Under the pieces are notes generated by a model. It worked only from the letters and a program-made list of their open reading frames with translations. It was not told the DNA's origin and did no database searches. 64,000 bases of DNA from a virus. The stretch lies in IMG/VR virus record IMGVR_UViG_3300027852_000036. One strand, 5' to 3'. Positions 44,221 through 53,684 of the stretch are shown here, in pieces. Numbering within the stretch: the first letter of the stretch is position 1; every line of letters begins with the position of its first letter. The position numbers and the translations under genes are program-made.

Positions 44221-44514
44221 ATGAATCAACAACTAGTGGATGACCTTCAGGTAGACTACCCGAAGGTTTTTAAGGAAGATGCTGAGATAACTATAGGCGT
44301 GGGTTGGTATAGCCTAGCCAAGGAAGTTACCTCTGCTATACAGAAAGTGGGTGCTAAGATAGAATCACTAGAAAGTAAACGCGGAGGCATGGTAGTTAGG
44401 TTATCTTGCGAAAAAGACACACTACCGTTAGCAAAGACAGCAATCAAAGAATACCTACATCTTAGTAAGACCACTTGCGAAATCTGTGGAACATCGGGGT
44501 GCGAGGAACACTAG
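44221..44514 (+). CDS. Conserved phage hypothetical protein with a C-terminal CEICG motif
   Basis: VGWYSL...SKRGGM...SKTTCEICG; TTTACA/TATAAT promoter upstream. Confidence 0.65.
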   Translation: MNQQLVDDLQVDYPKVFKEDAEITIGVGWYSLAKEVTSAIQKVGAKIESLESKRGGMVVRLSCEKDTLPLAKTAIKEYLHLSKTTCEICGTSGCEEH

Positions 44515-44526
44515 AGGAATATAGTT

Positions 44527-45060
44527 ATGGAACGATGGGCATTTTCAGATCCCCATTTTGGGCACAGGAACGTTATTAAGTTCACTCTACCCGAGGATGA
44601 AGGTGGTGGACTTATGCGACCATACGCAAGTTTAGAAGAGATGGATGAAGATATTGTGAAGAAGCACAATGAGCTTGTAAAGCCTGGGGATATTGTCTAT
44701 TGTCTGGGGGATTTGGCGTGGAATATCGACTCCCTAAGAATTCTATACAGGATGAATGGGGACAAGCACTTAATCTTAGGTAATCACGATACCCTGGACT
44801 TTAACGAGTACAGCAAGCACTTCAAAACGGTCAAGGCTTATTCTAAGATGAAATATAAGACATTTGGAACCAAGGTGCTACTATCCCACATCCCCATCCA
44901 TCCGCAACAATTCCATACACGGTTTTCTTTGAACCTACATGGGCACTTACATTCTACGGTTTTACCAGACCGCAGGTACATTAATAGTTGTCTAGATGCC
45001 AACGGTATGGCCCCTATCCATCTAGCAGCCGAAATTGAGGATAGGAAAAAACACTTATGA
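44527..45060 (+). CDS. Calcineurin-like metallophosphoesterase
   Basis: SDPHFGH, LGD, LGNHD, LSHIP, NLHGHLH. Confidence 0.88.
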   Translation: MERWAFSDPHFGHRNVIKFTLPEDEGGGLMRPYASLEEMDEDIVKKHNELVKPGDIVYCLGDLAWNIDSLRILYRMNGDKHLILGNHDTLDFNEYSKHFKTVKAYSKMKYKTFGTKVLLSHIPIHPQQFHTRFSLNLHGHLHSTVLPDRRYINSCLDANGMAPIHLAAEIEDRKKHL

Positions 45061-45254
45061 AAATTCAAGATATAGAGTCTGACATTATGGAATGTTGGAA
45101 CGTAGTAAACGATATAGAGGCAGTCTTGTCGACGGCTGACGAAGACCAACTCCCCGCAGCTATGAACGCTGTTAGGGAGCTGTATGATATTAAGTTCAAT
45201 AAACTATTCAATACGTATGAATCCTTCATACGTGCCAACCGCAAAAAGACATAA
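45057..45254 (+). CDS. Small conserved phage hypothetical protein
   Basis: IMECWNVVNDI...LYDIKFNKLF. Confidence 0.6.
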   Translation: MKIQDIESDIMECWNVVNDIEAVLSTADEDQLPAAMNAVRELYDIKFNKLFNTYESFIRANRKKT

Positions 45255-45265
45255 GGAACCTACCT

Positions 45266-45526
45266 ATGTATAAAGTACAAGCCCCACCCAATCTTTTAAT
45301 TCTAACCCCGCTCAAAGAGCCTGAGACCATGATCTATATGGGGGAGAAGACGGATTTACCAACACAAGGCACTGTCGTGTCCGTAGGTGCAGCCTTAGAC
45401 CCTAACTGGCTCGGACTAGAGGTTCTATTTAAGAAGTTCGGTGCACAAGCTTTTGACTACGATGGCGTTAAGTATCTGTCCATTGAGGAAAAGGAGGTAG
45501 TTGCTCTCTTAACTGAGGAGAAGTAA
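45266..45526 (+). CDS. groES: GroES-like co-chaperonin (Cpn10)
   Basis: 86 aa; QGTVVSVG...VLFKKFGAQ...DGVKYLSIEEKEVVA. Confidence 0.75.
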   Translation: MYKVQAPPNLLILTPLKEPETMIYMGEKTDLPTQGTVVSVGAALDPNWLGLEVLFKKFGAQAFDYDGVKYLSIEEKEVVALLTEEK

Positions 45527-47776
45527 ATGATAAAGTCAATCCTTAAACGGGATGGCTCAACTCAACCATTTGATCCCAACAAGGTTAACGGCTGGGGTAT
45601 TTGGGCCGCAAACAATCTAGGGGATAAAGTATCCTGGCCAGGCGTAGTACTGGGAGCTGTTAGTTCGCTTCCAGAAACTGTCACGTCCGACCAACTACAA
45701 GAGAGACTTATAAAAGTCTGCCTAGATAATGATTCTTACTCATACCAAAAGATGGCCGGGAAGTTATATTCTAGTGCCATAGACAAGCACATAAAAGGAG
45801 GTGATCTTAAATCTATCGAGGAACTTCATAAGGAGCTGCTAGATGCAGGCTTTATGCGAAAACTCGATTATACTAAGGTAGACTACGCTAAGGCGGAGAA
45901 GTTGATCGACCATACACGATCTGCTGAGATGTCACATGGGGCCCTGCATCAGATACGGTACAAGTACGCACTTAGAGATAAGGTTTCTGGGAAGGAATAC
46001 GAGACAGCCCAGTTTGTATTTATGAGAATGGCTATGGCTCTAGCGGAAACTTCTGATCATAGTGTTCGTATGCGGGACGTGGAGGAGTGGTACAACCATT
46101 TCTCGCTAGGGAGGCTTAACTGCCCTACCCCTAACTACGTCAATCTAGGAACCCCTTTGAGTGGGTTTTCTTCGTGCTGTGTGTATAAAGCTGACGATTC
46201 TGCTAGAAGTCTAGCAATAGGTGACCATATTGCCTACACTATGACGTATATGAGTGCAGGAATAGGTAGTAGGATTGATTGCCGTTCAGTCGGTGATCCA
46301 GTACGCAAGGGGGTTATCCAGCATCAAGGGAAGCTACCATACTACAAGGCGCTAACTGGTGCAGTCACAGCACAGCTTCAGAATGGTAGGGGAGGTGCTT
46401 GCACTACTTACTACACAATCTATGACCCAGAGATTGAGACGCTACTAAAGCTGAAGAACCCTAAGTCAGTTGAAGATAAGCGTATCAGAGGATTAGACTA
46501 TGCTGTTGGCACTAATCGTTTCTTTGCTACTAAAGCGGCGAAGAGGGAGAAGTTCTTCACCTTCAACGCATTCACTGCCCCAAGGTTGCAGGCTGCGCTT
46601 CACTCTGGAGATGAGGAACGGTTCGCTAGGGAATATAAGATACTAGAAGAGGATGATTCCTTCAACAAAGTATACTTAGACGCTAGGGATGTGTTGCTGA
46701 CTGCGCTTAATGAGAGCTACGAGACAGGTAGGGTTTATTTGTATTTCTTGGATGAAATGAATAAGCACACCCCGTTCAGGGAGCCTATCTATAGTTCAAA
46801 CCTATGTACGGAGATTTTCCTACCAACCCAAGGCTACCGACATATGCAGCAATTGTATATGAACGGAGGTGAAGAGGTCGGGGAAGTAGCCATGTGTACA
46901 TTGGCCGGTATCTGCCCATCTAATGTATCTAGCGAGGAAGAGTACACTAGTGCAGCCTATTATGCTCTGTTGATGATTGACCGATGCATACATGCTACGC
47001 ACTATGAGCTTCCGCACGTAGGATACACGTCTAAGTCTAGATTAAATGCGGGAGTTGGTATAGTTGGGTTAGCCCACGTATTAGCTAAACAAGGGGAGAA
47101 GTACTCTACGGAATCGGGGAAGCAGTCTATTAATGATGCTGCTGAAAGGCATATGTGGCATCTATTGAATGCGTCACTGCGACTCGGTAAAGAGTTGGGT
47201 AATGCTCCGTGGATGTTTAAGACTAACTGGCCTAAAGGCTATCTTCCTAGCGATACCAATAACAAGGCAGTAGACGATATTGTATCGTTAAGTTCTGCAG
47301 GGTATGACTGGGAAGGTTTACGTGCTAAAATCGTAGAAAACGGAGGTATACGAAACAGTGTAGTAGCTGCACATATGCCCACCGAATCCTCTAGTAAGAT
47401 AACTGGATTACCTAATGGTCTATACCCTATTAGGGATTTAACTCTTATTAAAACAGACGATAATAACAGCACTTATTGGGCCGCTACGGATGGTGAGGAG
47501 TTAGACGAACACTACGAAAGAGCTTGGGACATATCTACTAGAGATTTGATCGATATGTATGCAATCGTACAGAAGTGGACAGATCAAGGTATTAGTGCAG
47601 ATTTCTATAGGCGTATCATTGGGGATGACTCAGTGACTTCTACAGAGATGCTTAAGGACTACTTCCACATGGTTAAGATGGGCTTAAAGTCTAAGTACTA
47701 TCAAAACACTGAGGCGTCTTCTGGAGTTTCCTTACAGGGAGACGACGCAGACTGCATCGGAGGTTGCACACTATGA
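45527..47776 (+). CDS. nrdA: Ribonucleotide reductase class Ia alpha subunit
   Basis: ATP-cone start ILKRDGS, SSCC, SNLCTEI, CTLA, MPTESSS, SKYYQ and C-terminal CIGGC. Confidence 0.96.
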   Translation: MIKSILKRDGSTQPFDPNKVNGWGIWAANNLGDKVSWPGVVLGAVSSLPETVTSDQLQERLIKVCLDNDSYSYQKMAGKLYSSAIDKHIKGGDLKSIEELHKELLDAGFMRKLDYTKVDYAKAEKLIDHTRSAEMSHGALHQIRYKYALRDKVSGKEYETAQFVFMRMAMALAETSDHSVRMRDVEEWYNHFSLGRLNCPTPNYVNLGTPLSGFSSCCVYKADDSARSLAIGDHIAYTMTYMSAGIGSRIDCRSVGDPVRKGVIQHQGKLPYYKALTGAVTAQLQNGRGGACTTYYTIYDPEIETLLKLKNPKSVEDKRIRGLDYAVGTNRFFATKAAKREKFFTFNAFTAPRLQAALHSGDEERFAREYKILEEDDSFNKVYLDARDVLLTALNESYETGRVYLYFLDEMNKHTPFREPIYSSNLCTEIFLPTQGYRHMQQLYMNGGEEVGEVAMCTLAGICPSNVSSEEEYTSAAYYALLMIDRCIHATHYELPHVGYTSKSRLNAGVGIVGLAHVLAKQGEKYSTESGKQSINDAAERHMWHLLNASLRLGKELGNAPWMFKTNWPKGYLPSDTNNKAVDDIVSLSSAGYDWEGLRAKIVENGGIRNSVVAAHMPTESSSKITGLPNGLYPIRDLTLIKTDDNNSTYWAATDGEELDEHYERAWDISTRDLIDMYAIVQKWTDQGISADFYRRIIGDDSVTSTEMLKDYFHMVKMGLKSKYYQNTEASSGVSLQGDDADCIGGCTL

Positions 47777-48876
47777 CCAAGTTTGATGATTCGATATTCA
47801 AAGCAGATAAAAGTCAGTACGCAACGCCTAGTATTTTTCTAGGCGAGGCTGCTGGCCTCTTCGACACTATCCATAAGCCGTTCCCGAAACTGTGGGCACA
47901 CTACAAAACTCTAAAATCCCTAGACTGGGATGAAAATGAGATCGATTATAGTGGGTGCCTAACAGACTTCCAGAACTGCTCAGAAGACATTTACGATGCC
48001 ATGATTAAGACATTAGCATGGCAGTGGGAGGCAGATAGTGTAGCAGCAAATTCCTTAATGGGAATTCTGGCTCCCTTCATCACTTCTAGTGAAGCGTTGG
48101 CCTCTTGGTCTAAGATCGCTGAGAATGAGGTTCTGCATTCCGCTACGTACTCTGAGATAGTAAGGTCGTCTTTTAAAGACCCTGACTCAACACTACAAGA
48201 GATTCTAGAGGTTCAGGAAGCCCTTAGTAGGTTAACCTGTATTGCTAAGGTATGTAATGATGCTTCTAAGGCTGGAGCTGAATACACCCTAGGGCTAGTG
48301 GAGAATGACCAGACGCTATATAATCGGGTTTACCTGTTTATAGTAGCAGTATTCGTACTAGAGAGGATTCAGTTTATGTCTTCTTTTGCGGTTACTTTTT
48401 CTATCTGTGATACGGGCCTGTTCATACCTTTTGGCAAAGCTGTGCAGAAGATCGCACAGGATGAGCTAGAGGTACATGTTCAGATGGGCAAGGACGTACT
48501 ACGGTACGAAGCTCAAACTGACCGAGGTAAGGAAGCTGCCCGCACTTTAGGTAGTGAGGTACAGGCCCTTATTTCTGAAGTAGTGAATGCGGAACTAGAG
48601 TGGGTAGACTTCTTATTTTCTGGAGGAAGGAGCCTAGTAGGACTTAATGCTGATGTACTAAAGCAGTGGGTACTATTTAACGCTAGAGATGTGTATAATC
48701 ACCTTGGGCTAGAGTCTCCTTATGATATGCCTGCTAAAAACCCTTTAAAGTTCATGGAGCATTGGTTGAACATGAATAAAATACAAACAGCCCCTCAAGA
48801 GACCGAGATCACTGCCTACAAGGTAGGTGTTCTTCGCAGAGACGATGAGGATATGGACTTCGAGACAGACTTTTGA
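47764..48876 (+). CDS. nrdB: Ribonucleotide reductase class Ia beta subunit
   Basis: DWDENE, EVLHSATY, LERIQFMSSF, DELEVH, WVDFLF. Confidence 0.95.
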   Translation: MHTMTKFDDSIFKADKSQYATPSIFLGEAAGLFDTIHKPFPKLWAHYKTLKSLDWDENEIDYSGCLTDFQNCSEDIYDAMIKTLAWQWEADSVAANSLMGILAPFITSSEALASWSKIAENEVLHSATYSEIVRSSFKDPDSTLQEILEVQEALSRLTCIAKVCNDASKAGAEYTLGLVENDQTLYNRVYLFIVAVFVLERIQFMSSFAVTFSICDTGLFIPFGKAVQKIAQDELEVHVQMGKDVLRYEAQTDRGKEAARTLGSEVQALISEVVNAELEWVDFLFSGGRSLVGLNADVLKQWVLFNARDVYNHLGLESPYDMPAKNPLKFMEHWLNMNKIQTAPQETEITAYKVGVLRRDDEDMDFETDF

Positions 48877-49132
48877 TATTAATACAGTTTACTTCAGCAA
48901 ACTGCAACCCTTGTTCTGTACTGAAAGCAAGTATGGAACAAGTTCCGCTCCCTAAGGGGGTGGAGCTAGCGGTCGTTAACCTAAATCCGCTAACCCTATG
49001 ACAAGTTCTTATAATGTTAGATCTGTGCCTACACTGATACTGACTACAGGTACTTACGAAGAGGTAGGAAGAACAGCAGGAGCTAAGACTCCTAAGCAAT
49101 TGGAAGATTGGTATAAAGAGATGGGCTTGTAG
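48873..49132 (+). pseudogene. Thioredoxin-like gene split by a -1 frameshift near 48980-48998
   Basis: TTG 48873 gives MILIQFTSANCNPCSVLK...VNLNPLTL-stop (49001); the -1 frame continues ANPMTSSYNVRSVPTLIL...EVGRTAGAKTPKQLEDWYKEMGL-stop (49132). Confidence 0.75.
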
Positions 49133-49219
49133 GTACAGGAAAAGTAATTCTTTACAAAAGCTGCCCAATCAAGTATAATATACATTCAAATCGAGAAATA
49201 AACCAAAGAGGAAAACAAC

Positions 49220-49579
49220 ATGGCACTATGGACTGACGAACTAAAAGCGGAGTTGATTCAGGATTACGTGGATCAAAACCCTACCCCCGAAACATCAACA
49301 TCTATAATCAAAGGGCTGGCAGATAAGTATTCCGGTACCGTAAACAGTATTCGTATTATGCTTAACAAAGCTGATGTATACGTTAAGGTTGCGAAAGCCC
49401 CTAAAGCGAGTGATAATCCTGACGCTCCTCGTCGTGTATCTAAGGCAGATGCTATCGCTGAATTAGTAGCAGCTCTCTCAGATGCTGGCGTAGAGGCTGA
49501 TGATGATATTATCAACAAACTTACTGGTAAAGCAGCTCTGTACTTCTCTACAGCGTTTCGTACTCTTATCAATAAGTAA
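49220..49579 (+). CDS. T5 D3-like HTH DNA-binding protein
   Basis: WTDELKA...PTPETSTSII...RVSKADAIAEL...IINKLTGKAALYF; TTTACA-N17-TATAAT promoter upstream. Confidence 0.7.
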   Translation: MALWTDELKAELIQDYVDQNPTPETSTSIIKGLADKYSGTVNSIRIMLNKADVYVKVAKAPKASDNPDAPRRVSKADAIAELVAALSDAGVEADDDIINKLTGKAALYFSTAFRTLINK

Positions 49580-49602
49580 TCAATCAATAATCGGAGAGCA
49601 GC

Positions 49603-50235
49603 GTGGCTAACAAAAGGGTAAAACTACAAGTAGGTGAGGATTTAAGTAAGGGTAATATAGAACGTGTTCTAGAATACCTTGATACTGAATCTTCCACCAA
49701 GAAAGTAGCCTGTGACATGCTGGGAATCCGGTACAATACTACTCGATTAACAAGAATACTAGAAGAGTATTCGGAGGATAAGGAGCGGTACGCTAGGATT
49801 AGGAAAAAGAAGCGTGGAACTCCTGTACTTAAAGAAGAGGCTTGTTCCATTATTGAAGAATACCTAATACAAAGATCAATGTCTAAGGTAGCTACCATGC
49901 ACTATAGGAGCACGGCTTTAATACGACAAACCCTCATTAAGTATGGGGCTGATCTAGTGGCTGGTAAGACCGACTATTTCAATCCTGAATTGCTTCCAGA
50001 CTTGAGTATGCGGGATTCCTTTGAGAAAGATGAGCTAGTATGGAGTGCTAGGCATAACTGTATCGCTAGAGTACTCGGTCCCGTTAAAGGCGGGTACTGG
50101 GTTTGGGTTCTAGGCAGTAATGCTCAACAGTCTGCTCTGGCAACTGAAGAACTTGGCTCGTTAGAATTACTGACAGAGCTAGGCGTTAATTTGGAGAAAG
50201 TAGCTAACCAGCATGTAGGTGCTGAAAACAACTAA
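49603..50235 (+). CDS. T5-conserved HTH-like hypothetical protein
   Basis: KKVACDMLGIRYNTTRL...GELVWSARH-like segment; replication-module synteny. Confidence 0.65.
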   Translation: MANKRVKLQVGEDLSKGNIERVLEYLDTESSTKKVACDMLGIRYNTTRLTRILEEYSEDKERYARIRKKKRGTPVLKEEACSIIEEYLIQRSMSKVATMHYRSTALIRQTLIKYGADLVAGKTDYFNPELLPDLSMRDSFEKDELVWSARHNCIARVLGPVKGGYWVWVLGSNAQQSALATEELGSLELLTELGVNLEKVANQHVGAENN

Positions 50236-50245
50236 GGTGTAAAAC

Positions 50246-50521
50246 ATGAACAAAGATAACTTTTTACAGAAAATGACGGATTATGGTGATGCAGTAGTAA
50301 CTTATCGTAGCCCTGTATCTAGGCGCTCAAAGTATGTAGTAGGAACTACAGACTTTAATAGCTCAGACTACATTAAGGACAAACGTAAGCCTCGCTATCG
50401 AATACACAATGGGTCAGTTCTAATGTTTTGTTGGGATACCGATACTTTCAAACAAATCGCTGTTTCAGATGTACAGAAGATCGAACCCTTGAGCAAGGTT
50501 ATTGCACATGGAGTTCGTTGA
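50246..50521 (+). CDS. T5-conserved hypothetical protein
   Basis: YGDAVVTYRS...KYVVGTTDF...YI...LMFCWDTD. Confidence 0.65.
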   Translation: MNKDNFLQKMTDYGDAVVTYRSPVSRRSKYVVGTTDFNSSDYIKDKRKPRYRIHNGSVLMFCWDTDTFKQIAVSDVQKIEPLSKVIAHGVR

Positions 50522-50795
50522 AGAGCCGGAGCTGGCTGTAGAGGTATTTCATAACGAGGATAAGTTTGAAAAGGTATTTTTAACTATTAATACCTTCAGA
50601 GGGAAAGAGTACTTCCACATGCGTAAGTACTACTTGGATTTCGAAGGAGACTACCTCCCAACGAACCAAGGAATAGCTTTCCCAGCCTCTCTAGAAACTA
50701 CGGTGGCATTATTCGACTCACTATGCAAGATTCTTAGCGAAAGCGAAGCACTACAAACAGTCTTAGATAATAGTACAATTCTTAACAAGGAATAA
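50508..50795 (+). CDS. PC4/p15-like ssDNA-binding transcriptional coactivator
   Basis: LTINTFRGKEYFHMRKYYLDFEGDYLPTNQGI. Confidence 0.75.
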   Translation: MEFVEEPELAVEVFHNEDKFEKVFLTINTFRGKEYFHMRKYYLDFEGDYLPTNQGIAFPASLETTVALFDSLCKILSESEALQTVLDNSTILNKE

Positions 50796-50797
50796 AC

Positions 50798-51730
50798 ATG
50801 AGCCAATCATTCAAAGAACGATGCGACATTATGTATGATAAGGGTACGCCCATTATTAGTGATGCTCAGTATGACAACCTTTTTGGAGAAGGAGCGACCA
50901 TAGGCAGGCCGGGCTACTCTGAAGATATTAAGCATCCGTTCCAGATGTATTCGCTTCAGAAACACTACACGGAAGACGGCGAACCGCCTATCCCTGTAAA
51001 AGACTGTATAAAGACTCCTAAACTAGACGGGGCGGCTTGCTGCTTAGTTTACATAGACGGAGAGCTTAGTAGGGCAACTACTAGAGGTGATGGTATCGCT
51101 GGTAAGGTAATCACTGAGAAACTGAAACTACTTGTACCTAATAGTATAAAAACTAACGAACCTCTCATTCAGATAACTGGAGAGATCGTGGCACTCGCTT
51201 CCGTGGAGAATTCTAGGAATCAGGCCGCTGGGTCACTAGGTTTAAAGTCTATCGAAGACTTTAAAATCCGTATGGAAGAGATCGGACTGAAATTCATTGC
51301 TTATAGCACTACTAGCATCGAGGCTTCCTATAAACTGAGCCTAGCAGGTTTAGCTCTCAAAGGTTTCAGTACTGTAATAGGAGACTGTTCTGGTTTTCCT
51401 ACAGACGGGGAAGTGTATCGCATAGAGCGTCAGCAAGACTATATAGCTGCTGGTTTTACTAGTAAGCATCCTAAGGGTGCTTTCGCTTGGAAAGAGAAGC
51501 AAGAAGTAGTACAAACCAAACTATTGGACGTAATTTGGCAAGTAGGGAAGTCTGGTAAAGCTACCCCTATTGCCATCTTAGATCCTGTAGTAATCGGGGA
51601 AGCTACAGTAGCTAAGGCAACGCTGAATAATATGGCATTTATTGATAACCTGGGCCTGACACTGGGGTGCACTGTTGAACTTATCAGAGCAGGGGAGATC
51701 ATCCCAGAAATAGTTGGGAGGGCTGATTAA
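50798..51730 (+). CDS. NAD-dependent DNA ligase, adenylation/OB subunit (split ligase A)
   Basis: KLDG, TRGDG, ITGE, PTDG, WQVGKSG, ATLNN, RAGEIIP. Confidence 0.92.
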   Translation: MSQSFKERCDIMYDKGTPIISDAQYDNLFGEGATIGRPGYSEDIKHPFQMYSLQKHYTEDGEPPIPVKDCIKTPKLDGAACCLVYIDGELSRATTRGDGIAGKVITEKLKLLVPNSIKTNEPLIQITGEIVALASVENSRNQAAGSLGLKSIEDFKIRMEEIGLKFIAYSTTSIEASYKLSLAGLALKGFSTVIGDCSGFPTDGEVYRIERQQDYIAAGFTSKHPKGAFAWKEKQEVVQTKLLDVIWQVGKSGKATPIAILDPVVIGEATVAKATLNNMAFIDNLGLTLGCTVELIRAGEIIPEIVGRAD

Positions 51731-51810
51731 TTATAAAAGTTTATGTTGACAAAAGGTTATATTCTTTAGTATAATTACTAAATAGAAAATTAAATCAGGA
51801 AATAATTTAG

Positions 51811-52572
51811 ATGAAAATAGTAGCCCCAACAAAGTGCCCCTGCTGCTCTTTTAAGCTAGAGCTAGTGAAGGATCAACTGTTTTGTAGAAACCCTTCTTGT
51901 GGCGTAGTCAATACAAAGAAAGTGGAAGCCTTTGCTAAGGTTATGAAAATAAAGGGACTTGGCCCAAAGACTGTGGAGAAATTAGGGTTAACAAAGGTAC
52001 CTGATATATACCTCTTAGAGGAGGAGCACATAGTTTCGATAATAGGCGATGCCTTAGGCAAAAAACTATACTCCTCTATAGAGTTCTCAAGGGAAGTAGA
52101 ACTTGGCACTTTCTTTAGTGCACTATCTATCCCATTATTTGGTAAATCAGCAGCATCTAAACTTGCTCCGCTGGTTACTGGATTCGACGATGTATCTAGG
52201 GAAGTATGTAAGAAGGCTGGACTAGGTGATAAAGTTACCGACTCTTTACTTACTTGGATAGATGAAGTCTGGAAAGACATGAATTATAATAGTATAATGA
52301 ACGAACTATCAATCGTAAAGGCTGAGAAGTCTATACCTGTAGAGAATAGAGGAGCTGTAGTCATTACTGGTAAGCTTAATGATTATAAGAACCGTAAACT
52401 AGCGGCTACCTTTTTAGAAAGTAAGGGATTTACCATCAAATCTTCAGTCACTAAGGCTGTAGATTATTTAGTATCAGAGGAGGGAAGGGATTCTTCCTCT
52501 GTTTTAAAAGCAAAAAAGCTCAATATACCGATATTGAGTATAATCGAACTCTTAAACATAGAAAGCAAATAG
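51811..52572 (+). CDS. NAD-dependent DNA ligase, Zn-finger/HhH/BRCT subunit (split ligase B)
   Basis: PTKCPCC...CRNPSC, IKGLGPKT, VITGKL, SSVTKAVDYLV. Confidence 0.92.
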   Translation: MKIVAPTKCPCCSFKLELVKDQLFCRNPSCGVVNTKKVEAFAKVMKIKGLGPKTVEKLGLTKVPDIYLLEEEHIVSIIGDALGKKLYSSIEFSREVELGTFFSALSIPLFGKSAASKLAPLVTGFDDVSREVCKKAGLGDKVTDSLLTWIDEVWKDMNYNSIMNELSIVKAEKSIPVENRGAVVITGKLNDYKNRKLAATFLESKGFTIKSSVTKAVDYLVSEEGRDSSSVLKAKKLNIPILSIIELLNIESK

Positions 52573-52583
52573 GAAAGTAAAAC

Positions 52584-53309
52584 ATGGCAAAACAAACTTG
52601 GACTGACGAACGAACTGCTCACCTCACCGGTCTCGTAGAAGAGGGTGTTGAAGTAACTCAGAAAGACTTGGCGGGTATCGCTGAGGAACTTGAGACTTCA
52701 ACTCGATCAGTTGGTAGTAAGCTCCGTAAAATGGGGTACGATGTAGAGAAAGTATCTGCCACTAACACACGTAAGTGGACTCCAGAACAGGAAAGTGACT
52801 TAGTAGATTTTCTAGGTGAAAATCCCGGTTCTTATACGTTCCGAGAAATTGCTGCACTGTTCCACTCAGGACATTTCTCTAGCAAAGCTATTCAGGGCAA
52901 GATCCTTAGCCTTGAGTTGACTGGCTCTGTCAAGCCTGCTGAAAAGGTTGTAGCGGCCCGTCAGTACACTGAAGAGCAGGAATCTGTATTCTTGGCTATG
53001 GCTAAGAAAGGGGACTCTGTAGAAGCTATCGCAGAAGCTATGGGTAAGTCTCTCCAGTCTGTTCGTGGTAAAGCACTCAGCTTCATCCGAACTGTTGAAG
53101 GCTTTAAAATGCCGCATCAAGAAACCTCAACCGCTGCTTCTAAAGAAGACGCTATCTCAGGTCTCGGCGATATTTCTGGTATGACCGTAGAAGACATTGC
53201 TTCTGCAATTGATAAGACTCCACGAGGTGTTAAGACTTCTCTTACACGTCGAGGACTTACCTGTGCAGATTACGATGGCGCAAAACGTGCAGCTAAGCGC
53301 AAAGACTAG
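52584..53309 (+). CDS. D5: T5 D5-like DNA-binding transcription regulator
   Basis: Repeated HTH units; WTDER...RSVGSKLRKMG, KAIQGKILS, SVRGKALS, RGVKTSLTRRGL...DYDGA. Confidence 0.85.
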   Translation: MAKQTWTDERTAHLTGLVEEGVEVTQKDLAGIAEELETSTRSVGSKLRKMGYDVEKVSATNTRKWTPEQESDLVDFLGENPGSYTFREIAALFHSGHFSSKAIQGKILSLELTGSVKPAEKVVAARQYTEEQESVFLAMAKKGDSVEAIAEAMGKSLQSVRGKALSFIRTVEGFKMPHQETSTAASKEDAISGLGDISGMTVEDIASAIDKTPRGVKTSLTRRGLTCADYDGAKRAAKRKD

Positions 53310-53329
53310 GTAACTCTAGTAGTTAAGCC

Positions 53330-53360
53330 AAGGGAGGGCCTGAAAAGGCCCTCCCTTTCT
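53330..53360 (+). terminator. Hairpin terminator after D5
   Basis: AGGGAGGGCC-TGAAAA-GGCCCTCCCT followed by TTCT. Confidence 0.7.
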
Positions 53361-53380
53361 AGGTACAAGGAGGCGGTAAT

Positions 53381-53683
53381 ATGAAAGTAACAGTAACATA
53401 CACAGAAGACGGGGCATTAACTCCCGAAGAGCTTAAAGCCTCTGTAAAAGCTAGGGTAGGTGGGATGGCAGGAGTAACAATATCTCCCGATTCAAATGAC
53501 CCCTATCATTTAATGTATTTTGCAGCCCAAGAGCTGATAACAGTCCAACAGTTAGATTCTTTTTATGATGATAGTCAGGAGCTGTACCACGTTAAACTAA
53601 AAAAGTTTATAGAAGAAGCAGAAGACTTAGCACGTAGTGCTATATTACAAGTAATTCAAGATAACGAGACGAAGATGACTTGA
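53381..53683 (+). CDS. Hypothetical protein
   Basis: 100 aa; AAGGAGG RBS. Confidence 0.65.
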   Translation: MKVTVTYTEDGALTPEELKASVKARVGGMAGVTISPDSNDPYHLMYFAAQELITVQQLDSFYDDSQELYHVKLKKFIEEAEDLARSAILQVIQDNETKMT

Positions 53684-53684
53684 T

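Noticed and set aside
50798-52572. Split NAD-dependent ligase as a novelty or pseudogene
   Set aside because: A two-gene ligase is the normal state in T5-like phages, and both parts are intact.
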